61,160 nucleotides of DNA from a virus. Taxonomy: Duplodnaviria; Caudoviricetes. The stretch's first letter is position 1. Each line of letters opens with the position of its first letter. The stretch is taken from the IMG/VR virus record IMGVR_UViG_3300044491_002233, positions 1-61,160 of that record; one strand, given 5' to 3'. The position numbers and the translations under genes are program-made. Of this stretch, positions 28,765 to 38,311 are shown one piece after another. The notes below the pieces were generated by a model, which saw only the letters and a list, made by a program, of their open reading frames with translations, had not been told where the DNA came from and ran no database searches.

Positions 28765-29209
28765 CTTCCATTCCTGCTACTCTCAACTTAACAATGTTTG
28801 TTATCTGCCATTGTTTTTGATCTAAACCTTTGGTGATGCCTAACCATTGATTCCTTATCAATGCGAAGTCGTTTATAATTTTATCCATGTCAACGACATC
28901 GTCCTCACCGTCCACATATTTCTCTGCATCTCTGCTTGATAACGCCCTGTTGTAATTTTCCAAATATTTCCTAAAAGTCTTTGATCTCAGTCTCCTCAAC
29001 TCGATGTTTAGGTATTCCAATATCGCTTCTAACTGTTGCAGTTGACTGAATCTTTCTTCCACTATGCCTGGCAGTGACGCACTGGCTCTCTCTAGGTTAC
29101 CGTAGATCTTGCACTGCTTCTTGGCCTCGATCAATTCCTTGTCGAAGTATGCCACACAGTCTGGTATCTTTGCTAGGTTCCTGCTGACTTCGTTGTACCA
29201 ATTAATCAT
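28748..29209 (-). CDS. uvsY: Recombination mediator UvsY
   Basis: Helical 153 aa; EKYVDGEDD, KQWQITNIVKLR; near uvsX. Confidence 0.75.
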   Translation of the reverse strand: MINWYNEVSRNLAKIPDCVAYFDKELIEAKKQCKIYGNLERASASLPGIVEERFSQLQQLEAILEYLNIELRRLRSKTFRKYLENYNRALSSRDAEKYVDGEDDVVDMDKIINDFALIRNQWLGITKGLDQKQWQITNIVKLRVAGMEDADIK

Positions 29210-29435
29210 CTTCGCCGTATCCGTCTGACTCTTCGTCTTCCTCGAACACAGTGTTGATTGCTTCTTCTAATTTGGGATCGAATTCGGCTGACGCTTTGAT
29301 CTCGTCATGTTCAACACCAATATCCTCTAGGCTCTTAATGAAGTCTATGGCACAATCCAATTTCTGTCTCTCTGGAACGTAGTGTACAATGGAGTTCCAT
29401 AATCTTTCTATATCCTCGTGTGTAAAGTCTATCAT
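29202..29435 (-). CDS. Acidic hypothetical protein
   Basis: Coupled between uvsX and uvsY. Confidence 0.65.
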   Translation of the reverse strand: MIDFTHEDIERLWNSIVHYVPERQKLDCAIDFIKSLEDIGVEHDEIKASAEFDPKLEEAINTVFEEDEESDGYGEDD

Positions 29436-30529
29436 TACTCTTCTTTTTTACTTTTTGTTTTTGTTTCTACTTCGATGGGAGCGTCAATATCTTCTACCTC
29501 TTCTACAAGTGTTTCGTCTTTGAACTCTCTCATTATCATATCTAATTTATCACCGGTCCATTGTTTTCTGAAGTCAATGTGTTCTTTTCCTTTAGAATCA
29601 ATATACTTCAATCTGTTTCCTGTTTGTACTAGCAAACCTTTTTTTTCAAACAACTCAACTAGACCACTGTATGGATCCATTCCGGTGTCATAAGGTATCT
29701 TGACTTGCACACCTTCAAACGGTTTAGCATATCTAGTTTTCATAACTTTACAGGCGGCTCTTATACCTCTCACATCTGAAACTTTATTTCCTGCTTCGTC
29801 TTCTTTTAATTTTAATTTCTTCATTGCAACAACAATAGAACTTGCATAGATAAATCCTTGTCCGCCTGATATCTTGTCATCTGGATCAAACATATCTTGT
29901 GATGCATATGTGTGGTTGGTTGCTATAAGGCCCACGTTCCAACTACCAAACATGTTTACACAGTTTCTCACAAGTGCCGTTAGTGCTTTAGGTTTTCTAC
30001 CCAAATCGCCTTTCATGTCACCCGCTTCGAACTGATTCACGTCTGTTGGAGTAAGCATCATGCCCAGACTGTCTATAACGAACAGTACCTTAGGTGCGCC
30101 TTCTTTGTTGTCTGCGTGTTGTTCTTTGTAACCTTTCATAAACTCTGAAACAGTTTTCGCAACATCATCGACCATTGACATGCTCAATTTTAAAAGTTTG
30201 TCTTCTGATGTGTCCACTTTCAATGCTTGTAACCATTTCTCATCTAGTGCATTCTCTGTGTCGATCAAGATAACAAAGATGCCTTGCTCTTGTGCATTCT
30301 TGATTATGTTGCCTGATGCTATGTAACTCTTGCCTGCCCCTGATTCACCTGCAAGTACAGTCACTTTGCCTAATGGAATTCCTTTGTTGAAGTCACTGGT
30401 CATTAAATAGTTTAATGCGTAATTTCCTGTGCTAATCCAATCTGTGGGATCGCTGAAACCAATGCCTAGTCCTTGTATAGACTTTGTGATACTCTTTCTA
30501 AATTTTGTTGCGTCAAACACTTTTGTCAT
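29435..30529 (-). CDS. uvsX: RecA-like recombinase UvsX
   Basis: GESGAGKS, IDTE, VIDSLG, ISGG, KTR; SD-supported start MTKVF at 30529. Confidence 0.92.
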   Translation of the reverse strand: MTKVFDATKFRKSITKSIQGLGIGFSDPTDWISTGNYALNYLMTSDFNKGIPLGKVTVLAGESGAGKSYIASGNIIKNAQEQGIFVILIDTENALDEKWLQALKVDTSEDKLLKLSMSMVDDVAKTVSEFMKGYKEQHADNKEGAPKVLFVIDSLGMMLTPTDVNQFEAGDMKGDLGRKPKALTALVRNCVNMFGSWNVGLIATNHTYASQDMFDPDDKISGGQGFIYASSIVVAMKKLKLKEDEAGNKVSDVRGIRAACKVMKTRYAKPFEGVQVKIPYDTGMDPYSGLVELFEKKGLLVQTGNRLKYIDSKGKEHIDFRKQWTGDKLDMIMREFKDETLVEEVEDIDAPIEVETKTKSKKEE

Positions 30530-30540
30530 TTTTGTTTTCC

Positions 30541-30639
30541 TTATAATACTATCCAAAGTATAATCGCTACAATCAATACCCATGCAGGTATTTGTTTGTA
30601 CAAGATCCATTCGATAGCCTTTTGTATTTTCTTTTTCAT
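30541..30639 (-). CDS. 32-aa single-pass membrane protein (not in ORF track)
   Basis: MKKKIQKAIEWILYKQIPAWVLIVAIILWIVL*; ATG 6 nt after a -10; stop merges with the uvsX SD. Confidence 0.6.
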   Translation of the reverse strand: MKKKIQKAIEWILYKQIPAWVLIVAIILWIVL

Positions 30640-30645
30640 ATTAAT

Positions 30646-30687
30646 ATATTACTACACAAGGCCTTGATAGTCAATATCAAGGCCTTG
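30646..30687 (-). promoter_or_regulatory. Sigma70-type promoter overlapped by a 13-bp inverted repeat
   Basis: TTGACT-17nt-TAATAT; arms caaggccttgata / tatcaaggccttg at 30657-30687. Confidence 0.65.
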
Positions 30688-30699
30688 GTAAATGTCAGA

Positions 30700-31704
30700 T
30701 TATTTTGCTTGTCTTGATCTAATCAACTTCAAGATGTCTTCTGCTCTCTTGGCGCTGTCACCTGCAGGTGCCGCCGTTGCCGGAGCCGCCTCAGGTTGTG
30801 GTGCTGGTGCACTTTCAGTAACCGGAGCCGCTTCTGCCATTGGTGTTGCCGCTTCTGCCATTGGTGTTGCCGCCGGAGCCGATGCTGTTGGCACTGCTAC
30901 CTGTGGTTTACCTTGGTAAGCCACGCCTGCTGGTCTGAAGTATTGTCCGTACTGCTCGAGATCATACGCCTCACCTTCAACAGATTTCGCAAATAATTCT
31001 GCAATTATTTTAACTTCTGCTTCGGTTGGCTCTTTTGGTCTGAAGTCACCTAGGTTATGTAGCCCATGCGTATCAATTGCGGCTCTTTCTGCCTCATCTA
31101 ATGCACGTTCTCTTCTTGACCATTTTGATGTTGAGTAGTCAGCATAACCACCTTTAGTTGTTTTAGTAATCCTAAAATCAACACCTTTCACATAATCAGT
31201 TGGCAGTTCTTCCATTTCTGGATCCATCAATGCTCCTCTGATAATGTTGAAGATCTGAGGTCCAATAATAAATCTTCTGATTGGATTCTCAGGTGTTGAG
31301 TCCTCTGCTAACGGATTTGTTGTAACAAAACCTTGGAAAATATAACTTTTCTTTTTCCAATATTTCCTGCCCATATCTTCCATGCTCTTGTCTTTGAACC
31401 ATGGTCTGACTTCTGTCAGTACTGGACAAGTCTTGCCATACATTTCCATGCAAGGAACTTGCACTGTAACTGGTCTAGAATCAGTCTGACCTTTGATACC
31501 TGCGAAAGGTAATTTGATCATGTTTCTTTCAGTCCAGAAAAAAGTATTGTTTGTGTCCTTGTCTGGTAGGAACCTGACCACTGCTTCTGAGCCTTCTGCT
31601 ATGTTCCAGTGTGGGTAGATGGCGTTGTCTCCGCCTGTTTGTGAAGTTGAGCGATTAACTTCTTGTGATTTTAACTTCGCTCTTATTTCAGCTAATGATG
31701 CCAT
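30700..31704 (-). CDS. gp32: Single-stranded DNA-binding protein (gp32-like)
   Basis: AVVRFLP, C...G..CPV, K..Y..V..NP, G.DF.I.K...GYADY..SKW; SD AAGGAGG. Confidence 0.88.
   Translation of the reverse strand: MASLAEIRAKLKSQEVNRSTSQTGGDNAIYPHWNIAEGSEAVVRFLPDKDTNNTFFWTERNMIKLPFAGIKGQTDSRPVTVQVPCMEMYGKTCPVLTEVRPWFKDKSMEDMGRKYWKKKSYIFQGFVTTNPLAEDSTPENPIRRFIIGPQIFNIIRGALMDPEMEELPTDYVKGVDFRITKTTKGGYADYSTSKWSRRERALDEAERAAIDTHGLHNLGDFRPKEPTEAEVKIIAELFAKSVEGEAYDLEQYGQYFRPAGVAYQGKPQVAVPTASAPAATPMAEAATPMAEAAPVTESAPAPQPEAAPATAAPAGDSAKRAEDILKLIRSRQAK
30827..30873. repeat. 21-bp in-frame tandem repeat in the gp32 linker
   Basis: gccgcttctgccattggtgtt x2 plus partial copy (TPMAEAA). Confidence 0.9.
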
Positions 31705-31830
31705 AATGTAAGCCTCCTTTATTGTGCCTATGTTTGTTGTTTGCCTAAATGTATATTAGACATATAGTACATAATATACAACTATATTTATCAGTTGTCT
31801 ACTATTATTATTGGTAATATGGAGATTTTA

Positions 31831-33864
31831 TTATGCTATGTTGGCCAGCGTCTTGATTCTGTCCAGTTCCGTGTTGATCGCTTCTGCTTCCGCTTGTGCT
31901 TCTGCTGGAACTTCCATTTCTTCTTCTGAGAAGAATTCTTCAAGTTGTAATCCTGCCATCTCTATGGCATCTTTCAGTGTGTACTCGTCGGCACCTACTT
32001 TGAACTTGTCACCTGCTTTCATGCCCGCCGCCTTGGCCTTCTGTACCGCCTGTGCGAATTGATTGCCTTCAGTCTTGTCAGCATATCTTTCATCGCCTGC
32101 CTGCATTCTCTTGTAAGCAGTTGTGTTCATCATCTTGTCTGCTTTGGTTACATCAAGTTTTGTAGCGTTCTCTTTGTCTTTTTTTTCTATTTCTTTATCT
32201 ATTGGGTAATCTCCCATTTTAGCATATTCATTCACAGTCTCATCAACCCATGATTCAAACGCTTCTGTTTCTTTACTAGGTGCTTTGTATTCTGCACCTT
32301 TGTCACCATATGATTGACCTTTGATGTTTTTAAATTTGTTTATTTCTTGTGGATCTTTCCTTACTTGATCTGTGTAACCTGGTTCCGACTGCATCTTCTT
32401 GTAGTCGTCAATATATCTCTTCGCCAACTGCACTGCAATTTTTTTATTTTTTATGTAGTCGGCCGATGGTTTAAATGCCGCCGACTTCTCTTGATCCATC
32501 TCGTCTGCTACTCTACTTGCGAAATTAGCCACTCGATCTTCTTCACCTTTTGGTGTTGAGATTAATCTAGATGCTATGTCTGACAGAATCGAACTTAACA
32601 TTGTGTTCTTGTCTTTGAATTTTGTTATTTTTAACATCTTGTCTGCTGTGTCATCTTTTCTTAGTATTAATTTGCTATCAGGATCTGACAAATATCCTTG
32701 TACTATTGCTCCATGATCAACTGGTGCCTGGATTGGGGCGTCAATTGGCTCTGCATCTTTTGGAAGTACTGTTGGCACTGTTTCTTTATCTTTCTTTTCA
32801 AAGTTCTTGCCTGGATCCAGTTCGTTCACTTGTTCTTGCTCTTTGGTTGCCTCGAATTCGCTCATTATTTTGTTTATGATTGGGAAAGCATCTTCTACTC
32901 TACTGTCTAGGTTTTTCATTGTGAACTTCTCTCTCAGTTTGTTTACTGTTTCGTCGTCTAATATTTGCTCTTCCGATGTTTTGAAATCTTTACTTGCGTT
33001 CTCATAGTGTGTCTGGTTAGAAAGGTTCTTCATGTAACCTCTTAGGTTCTCTAGTTTCAATTTAGTTTGCTCTATGATATCCCCTGCGTTGTCGTTCAAT
33101 TGATCTTTGTTAGATGCATATCTTGAGAATGAATTTAATTTTGCGATGTCTTCCGAAGTCGAAACGATGTGCTGTCCAAACTCGTCATGTGGTCTTCCAC
33201 CGTTCGCAACGTGTCTCATCATTGCCCTCGCACCTGCTAGGTGTGTCATTGGATACTTGAATCTTTCACCATCTTCGTTCTCTATGTAGAGCGATTGTAT
33301 CTGTCTTGATCTCGCACCCGGCACAGTCTCGTCAACTTTGCCTTTGTGTCTGATTATCAATTTTGTTTTGTTTAGGTTCTCGAATGAACTCTTGGAAGTG
33401 CCTGTTAGGCCTTCTGCAACCGGTGCCTTTTCAACACCCGCTAATTTAGTGATTCTTGCTAGTTCTTCTGACATCTCGTCAGTATTTACCGTTTTGTTCG
33501 TATCTGCAAGATTTTCATAGTCCTGCTTCGTTAGGTTGTTTTTAGTGATATCTCGCACATCAAACCCCATTTGGTGTTCAACAGCATAGTCCTTTAACTC
33601 TTTAAGGAAAGCATACCATTCGTCTTTGCTGTCTTCATCGATCTTGTTGACAAGATTTCTGTTGTAGTACACTTTCATATTCTCGCCGTCTGCTAGGCTT
33701 ATGCTAACACTACCAAAAGTGTCTGCGTCTTCTTGGAATTCGAACTCAAAGAACACAGCACTGCTTGGATCTGCTGTGGCGGCTCCATTCTCGTCACCTA
33801 ACCTTATGTTTGAGAACTGCGATCTTATCTTATTGAATAAATCTTGTGAATTTTTAGGGTTCAT
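31831..33864 (-). CDS. Large charged hypothetical protein, probable virion/head component
   Basis: 677 aa, D/E/K-rich; TAAATA 6 nt before ATG (33871-33876); adjacent to terminase. Confidence 0.6.
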   Translation of the reverse strand: MNPKNSQDLFNKIRSQFSNIRLGDENGAATADPSSAVFFEFEFQEDADTFGSVSISLADGENMKVYYNRNLVNKIDEDSKDEWYAFLKELKDYAVEHQMGFDVRDITKNNLTKQDYENLADTNKTVNTDEMSEELARITKLAGVEKAPVAEGLTGTSKSSFENLNKTKLIIRHKGKVDETVPGARSRQIQSLYIENEDGERFKYPMTHLAGARAMMRHVANGGRPHDEFGQHIVSTSEDIAKLNSFSRYASNKDQLNDNAGDIIEQTKLKLENLRGYMKNLSNQTHYENASKDFKTSEEQILDDETVNKLREKFTMKNLDSRVEDAFPIINKIMSEFEATKEQEQVNELDPGKNFEKKDKETVPTVLPKDAEPIDAPIQAPVDHGAIVQGYLSDPDSKLILRKDDTADKMLKITKFKDKNTMLSSILSDIASRLISTPKGEEDRVANFASRVADEMDQEKSAAFKPSADYIKNKKIAVQLAKRYIDDYKKMQSEPGYTDQVRKDPQEINKFKNIKGQSYGDKGAEYKAPSKETEAFESWVDETVNEYAKMGDYPIDKEIEKKDKENATKLDVTKADKMMNTTAYKRMQAGDERYADKTEGNQFAQAVQKAKAAGMKAGDKFKVGADEYTLKDAIEMAGLQLEEFFSEEEMEVPAEAQAEAEAINTELDRIKTLANIA

Positions 33865-33876
33865 GTACTGTATTTA

Positions 33877-35469
33877 TTATCCTGTGAACGAACCAAATAT
33901 AGGCATTGGCGTTATCTCAGCAGTTCTGTCTGTCCATTTCTCGAATATTTTAGGATCAAAATCTGCTAAAACTTTCATCATACGAGTCATTAGTAAGCAA
34001 GAACTTACTAAATCATCATGTTGTCCAGGCTTTGCTTTATAACTTAATCCACTAGCAACGAAATCTTTCATCTCTGAAATCAATAGTTGTGAGTTTATTT
34101 TAATTTTCCCACCTTCGACTAGTTCTTTGAATTTTGTGCAGGCATCGATCTTGTGTTTTGCGGTAGTATTGAACCCTCTCCTAAATTTACGCCTATGCCC
34201 TTTTCTGATCGGTTCGGATAGGAACATGCCCATAATGTTCTCCTCACCTATGTCCATCACTCTCATCAGAGCGGCCTCACCTATGGAGTTGTTCTCCATG
34301 CTGTAGAATATCTGCGGCGTTGCTGTAGAATCCTTTTCCATGATCGTGTCGTGGATGTGTTTGGTAATTCCTTGCAAGATTCTAATTTGTTGATTCATAG
34401 GAGTCATGTTGTGATGCCATTCGCCTATTTGTTCGAATGTAGGCAATTCAAAAATTTGTATTGCGGCAAAGTCGCCTCCTGTTCCCATTGCAGGATCTAA
34501 AGATACCATGTATGTGTGTCCTGGGGTAGGTCTCTTGAACCATCGCACTTGTCCTGTTGTCTCTATTGGTGCCGTGCCTTCTAGGTCAGCGAGATATATG
34601 CTGTCAATCAAGGTCTCGTCAAAGATCAAGAATTCACACTCGTGTTCCCTTCGGAACCGCTCCTCACCTATCCTGGAACGTTCTGCGTCTGCCCATGCAT
34701 TGTCTCTGTCAGGGTGTTCTGACCAGTGTGCCTTCATGGCATAGAAACCGTTTGTGCCGATTACCTTGTCATTGCCGTACTCATCGAATCTCTTGTTAGC
34801 CTCTTTCCAGATCATGGCAAACTGGTCCTCGTCACTGTTTGGTGTTGATGTGATCATACATTTACCACCTGTACTAAGTGTTGGTGACAGTGATGTCCAG
34901 AATTCTTTGGCCTTTTCTGGTGGTTGCACGAATGCAAACTCATCACAATATATTAATGTAAGTGACATACCCCGTCCCGTGTTCTCTGTCGTTGTTGTGG
35001 CCATTATTTTTGAGCCATTGTCAAACTCTATGCTGTTCCTGTTGTACTGTGTCACACCTGCCTTGATCCAACTGGGCAACATCTCATAGGCGTAACGCAC
35101 CCTTGACATGATGTCCGATGCTCCTGCGTATTTGTGTGCCGCGATCAGTATCTGTGAATCAGGTCTGAACATGGCATACCAGATAAGGAATCCTGACGCA
35201 CAGGTTGTTTTACCTGTTTGCCTAGGAAGCATTGCTATTGAAAATCTATGATCGTTATAACTTTCAATCAGTCTTTCTTGATATGGGAATGGTTCGAATG
35301 GTATGGATCCTTTGACAGGGTGTTGTATTCTCATAAATGTTTTCATGAAGAACAAGGGACCGGTTTTTGGATCCATGCATTTCTCAAGTTGTTCCACTTG
35401 AGTTTTGCTGTATTTGTGTTTCTTATGCGCCTTCTTAATTTGGTCGCTATCTAATGATACATACGCCAT
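33877..35469 (-). CDS. gp17: Terminase large subunit
   Basis: YQ, PRQTGKTT, YCDEFAF, TSTPN, LDPA.G.GGD, HDDLV; TAAATA 7 nt before ATG. Confidence 0.95.
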   Translation of the reverse strand: MAYVSLDSDQIKKAHKKHKYSKTQVEQLEKCMDPKTGPLFFMKTFMRIQHPVKGSIPFEPFPYQERLIESYNDHRFSIAMLPRQTGKTTCASGFLIWYAMFRPDSQILIAAHKYAGASDIMSRVRYAYEMLPSWIKAGVTQYNRNSIEFDNGSKIMATTTTENTGRGMSLTLIYCDEFAFVQPPEKAKEFWTSLSPTLSTGGKCMITSTPNSDEDQFAMIWKEANKRFDEYGNDKVIGTNGFYAMKAHWSEHPDRDNAWADAERSRIGEERFRREHECEFLIFDETLIDSIYLADLEGTAPIETTGQVRWFKRPTPGHTYMVSLDPAMGTGGDFAAIQIFELPTFEQIGEWHHNMTPMNQQIRILQGITKHIHDTIMEKDSTATPQIFYSMENNSIGEAALMRVMDIGEENIMGMFLSEPIRKGHRRKFRRGFNTTAKHKIDACTKFKELVEGGKIKINSQLLISEMKDFVASGLSYKAKPGQHDDLVSSCLLMTRMMKVLADFDPKIFEKWTDRTAEITPMPIFGSFTG

Positions 35470-35508
35470 GGTATAGTATTTAACGCTGTGTAGTTGGTTA
35501 GAAAAGTA

Positions 35509-36345
35509 TTACTTTGCTTCTTTGTCTTTGATGGCTTTTTTCATTGGTTCTTTCTTGTCGCCATCTTTATCCATGTCTAAGAAGTCTGGTTTTGCCGCTT
35601 CTTGATACGCTGATTTGAAATTTTCGTATTGTGTCCTAAGACTGTTCGCTAACTCTTCCTCAGTAATCTTGTCTTCTGCCGCCATTGGATTGTCACCAGG
35701 TGAAACCCTTGTGTAAGTTTTCTTTTGTCTGTTTAATCCACCTGAGTTAACATTTACTAGTGTGTCTATGTCTTGAACTTTCTCTCCAGGTTCGTTTGCG
35801 AATGTTTCTTCTTTTTGCTCGTCTTCTGGATTTTTTATGATGTCTCTCATCCTAGCCATGTCCATTGAACCCGCCGCATCGTCTTGATCCATTTCTGGTT
35901 CTGCGTGTGGTTCTGCGTGTGGTTCTGCACCAATCATTGCTGGATCAACCTGTTGCACACCCGCAAGTTTTAATATCTGCATCATCATTGATGCTTCTTG
36001 TGGAGTGTCTGCTGAAATTTGAATTGCTTCTTTCACAGTTTCCTTTTTGTCTTCTTTGCCTGCTTTTTTGTCATGGTACGCTTTTAGGCCTGCTGGCATC
36101 TTGCCTTCGACTGCTTCTTCTGTTCCGTTGATGCTGTCCCAGAAACCTGCTAGGCTCTCACCGTGTTTCTTAATGAATTCTTCTCTTGAAAGTTTCTCTG
36201 CCTCGTCGTGCAGGTAGTCTTTCATGCCACCTTCTGTGACTGCTTTTGGATTTGTCTTCTCAACGTTCTCCACTGCGTCTTTGACCAATTCAGGTCTTGA
36301 TTCTGCTATTTCTTTTAATTTTGTTAACACGTCTATCATTTCCAT
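35509..36345 (-). CDS. Charged low-complexity protein, probable internal head protein
   Basis: E/K-rich; several (I/L/V)xE sites; C-terminal PDFLDMDKDGDKKE. Confidence 0.5.
   Translation of the reverse strand: MEMIDVLTKLKEIAESRPELVKDAVENVEKTNPKAVTEGGMKDYLHDEAEKLSREEFIKKHGESLAGFWDSINGTEEAVEGKMPAGLKAYHDKKAGKEDKKETVKEAIQISADTPQEASMMMQILKLAGVQQVDPAMIGAEPHAEPHAEPEMDQDDAAGSMDMARMRDIIKNPEDEQKEETFANEPGEKVQDIDTLVNVNSGGLNRQKKTYTRVSPGDNPMAAEDKITEEELANSLRTQYENFKSAYQEAAKPDFLDMDKDGDKKEPMKKAIKDKEAK
35897..35928. repeat. 12-bp in-frame tandem repeat (AEPH)
   Basis: ggttctgcgtgt x2 plus ggttctgc. Confidence 0.85.
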
Positions 36346-36348
36346 AAC

Positions 36349-36951
36349 TTATTTCCTTTTTGGGTCCGGGTGTGGGTTGGTTGGTTTAGAAAGCGGACTT
36401 GGTGTTCCTTTTTCTTCAATGTGACTCTGAACTCCGGTCTCACCACCCTTTGGATGGTCCTTGTTCTCTTGTCTATCTTTTAGTAATTCTTTAAGCAATC
36501 CCATGTTTGCTTTTGTTGAATGAAAATCTTCTGCATTAACTTTTGGTGCATCTTTGTATTCAATATCCATTAGTTTGTTTGCATATTCAGATTTCTGTGC
36601 AACCTGCATGTCGTTCTGATATTCTTCTGTAGGTTCGCCTGGTTTCCTTACTACAATGTGTGTTGCTGGAACTCTCAAAATGTCTGACAGATATTCGTGC
36701 ATTACTCTTTGTGACGCTGGATAATTTGTAGTGACGTCAAAGATTGTAACTTGCTCGTTGCTTAAGGCAGGAAAATCTAGCGGCAGTGTCATAATAGGTG
36801 TTTTCTTGCCTGCTGACATGTTTGTAACGTCGAATTTAGCCAATGCTGATTCAAGTTTTGAAGCGAAATCGCCTGCTAATTCACCTGCAACCTTAATTTT
36901 ATAGTCATATGACTTTGTTGATTCTATTAGGTAGTCTTTAAACGTGCTCAT
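36349..36951 (-). CDS. Hypothetical late protein
   Basis: Start MSTFKDYLIES, 6 nt after TAAATA (36958-36963). Confidence 0.65.
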   Translation of the reverse strand: MSTFKDYLIESTKSYDYKIKVAGELAGDFASKLESALAKFDVTNMSAGKKTPIMTLPLDFPALSNEQVTIFDVTTNYPASQRVMHEYLSDILRVPATHIVVRKPGEPTEEYQNDMQVAQKSEYANKLMDIEYKDAPKVNAEDFHSTKANMGLLKELLKDRQENKDHPKGGETGVQSHIEEKGTPSPLSKPTNPHPDPKRK

Positions 36952-36960
36952 ATGCAATAT

Positions 36961-37485
36961 TTAGTCTTTTTTAAGTAGTTTCTTCATTAATTCGTTACGA
37001 TCAGATATAACAAATCCGTCGCTTTCCTCCACTGGACCACCGTCTTTGTTGCCGTCCTTGTCCAGTTTCATTTTCTTTAGTTGCAGTTCCACCATCTTGA
37101 GCTTCTTGTCTATCTTGCTACCCTTGGCGTCTATGGCGTTACGTAGAAAGTTTCCTGCAACCTCGAATATACGCCCTGAATAACGTGAGTCCACGTTCAT
37201 GCCCAGGTCCATAAGATTCTTGTAACTCTCTTCTGCTTCAATGGCCAGTTTGTCTAATTCTAGGTCTGACAATTCTCCCAACCCTTTGACCTGTGGAAGT
37301 GCGGCCGCTATCTTGTCAAATTCCGCATAAGATTTTTTAAGTGCCTCTGCGGTCTTTGGATCGACGTTCTTCATTACTTTGCCTGTCTGTTCTTTGTTTG
37401 CTTTGGCTTGTTCTTTCTTGTCTACCTCTTTAAATGCCTCTTTGACATTTGGTAAATTAAGGATATCTTCCAGTTTCTTTGTCAT
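36961..37485 (-). CDS. Probable terminase small subunit (gp16-like)
   Basis: GRIFEVAGNFL coiled coil and FVISDRNELMKKL echo gp16 PRAFEV / FVGSTAEL; TAAATA 5 nt before ATG. Confidence 0.6.
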   Translation of the reverse strand: MTKKLEDILNLPNVKEAFKEVDKKEQAKANKEQTGKVMKNVDPKTAEALKKSYAEFDKIAAALPQVKGLGELSDLELDKLAIEAEESYKNLMDLGMNVDSRYSGRIFEVAGNFLRNAIDAKGSKIDKKLKMVELQLKKMKLDKDGNKDGGPVEESDGFVISDRNELMKKLLKKD

Positions 37486-37493
37486 TGTTCTAT

Positions 37494-37934
37494 TTACTTA
37501 CGTTTGCCGTTATGGAACAACTGTTCTTCTGACACCACCCTGAACTTGATACGTCTCTGTTTGGCGTATGCGTTTGCGGCCTCCCACTTGGCCATGTTTA
37601 TCACTACCTGTTTTTTCTTGGCCATGCTCTTGCCCGCGGCCTCCATTGTGGTCTGGCTCATGGGTTTGACCTCTACCATCTCTGCATGTTTGCGACCTTC
37701 CTTGTCTTGGTACACTATAAAGAAGTCTGGCACGTACACGGTATATTTGCCCGTGAATGGATGTCTGTATGGGATTTTAATTGATTCCGATGCCCACTGG
37801 TATACATTAGGATGTTCATCGCACAGTCTCATGAATGAGTGTTCCCAACTTGACCTGTAAGTTGGTGTTTTTGTACCTACATACTTCTCTTGATTTTTGG
37901 GAGAGAACTTGCCCCTAGCAAATCTCGGTAACAT
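37494..37934 (-). CDS. gp4: Head completion nuclease (T4 gp4-like)
   Basis: YRSSWE, WASE.I.IPY, Y.PDF, EVKP, N.AKWEAA. Confidence 0.9.
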   Translation of the reverse strand: MLPRFARGKFSPKNQEKYVGTKTPTYRSSWEHSFMRLCDEHPNVYQWASESIKIPYRHPFTGKYTVYVPDFFIVYQDKEGRKHAEMVEVKPMSQTTMEAAGKSMAKKKQVVINMAKWEAANAYAKQRRIKFRVVSEEQLFHNGKRK

Positions 37935-38311
37935 TAGTCTATGATGTTTCTAGATATGGTCTCTTTGGTGGTAAGTGTTTGCCTTACACCCAATCTACTC
38001 GACTTGTATCTGTTAGCATTTAAAATTATTGTTATAAGTTCGTTGAGTAGTGCTTCGTCGGCGCCGGCTAGATTATCTAGAATTTGTTGAGGTTTTATGT
38101 TGTCTATCTTTGCCTGCGCCATTATCACGTACGCCGTTGATTCCGCCGCCGGTCTGGCAAATCCTCTTTTTACAAAAAATCCAACGGTGCTGTCATATTC
38201 TCCTGCGTTGAATTCATAGTCTGTTTCGTAAGTCGATGATGTTAGTGTCTCGATTGTCTTGTCCAGAGATGTTTGATCCTTGGGTGGAAGATTTGTATAA
38301 AATTCGGCCAT
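37934..38311 (-). CDS. Hypothetical protein
   Basis: TAATG overlaps on both sides. Confidence 0.65.
   Translation of the reverse strand: MAEFYTNLPPKDQTSLDKTIETLTSSTYETDYEFNAGEYDSTVGFFVKRGFARPAAESTAYVIMAQAKIDNIKPQQILDNLAGADEALLNELITIILNANRYKSSRLGVRQTLTTKETISRNIID

Noticed and set aside
30530-30610. ORF-track N-terminal extensions (uvsX here; also track starts 17840, 24606, 26325, 27503, 36957, 39720, 45923, 45969, 60583)
   Set aside because: Downstream ATGs are better supported by SD, stop-start overlaps, promoter position or paralogue N-termini
30827-35928. Short tandem repeats as a possible CRISPR array or DGR repeat pair
   Set aside because: Only 2-3 adjacent in-frame units without spacers; no cas or reverse transcriptase gene in the window
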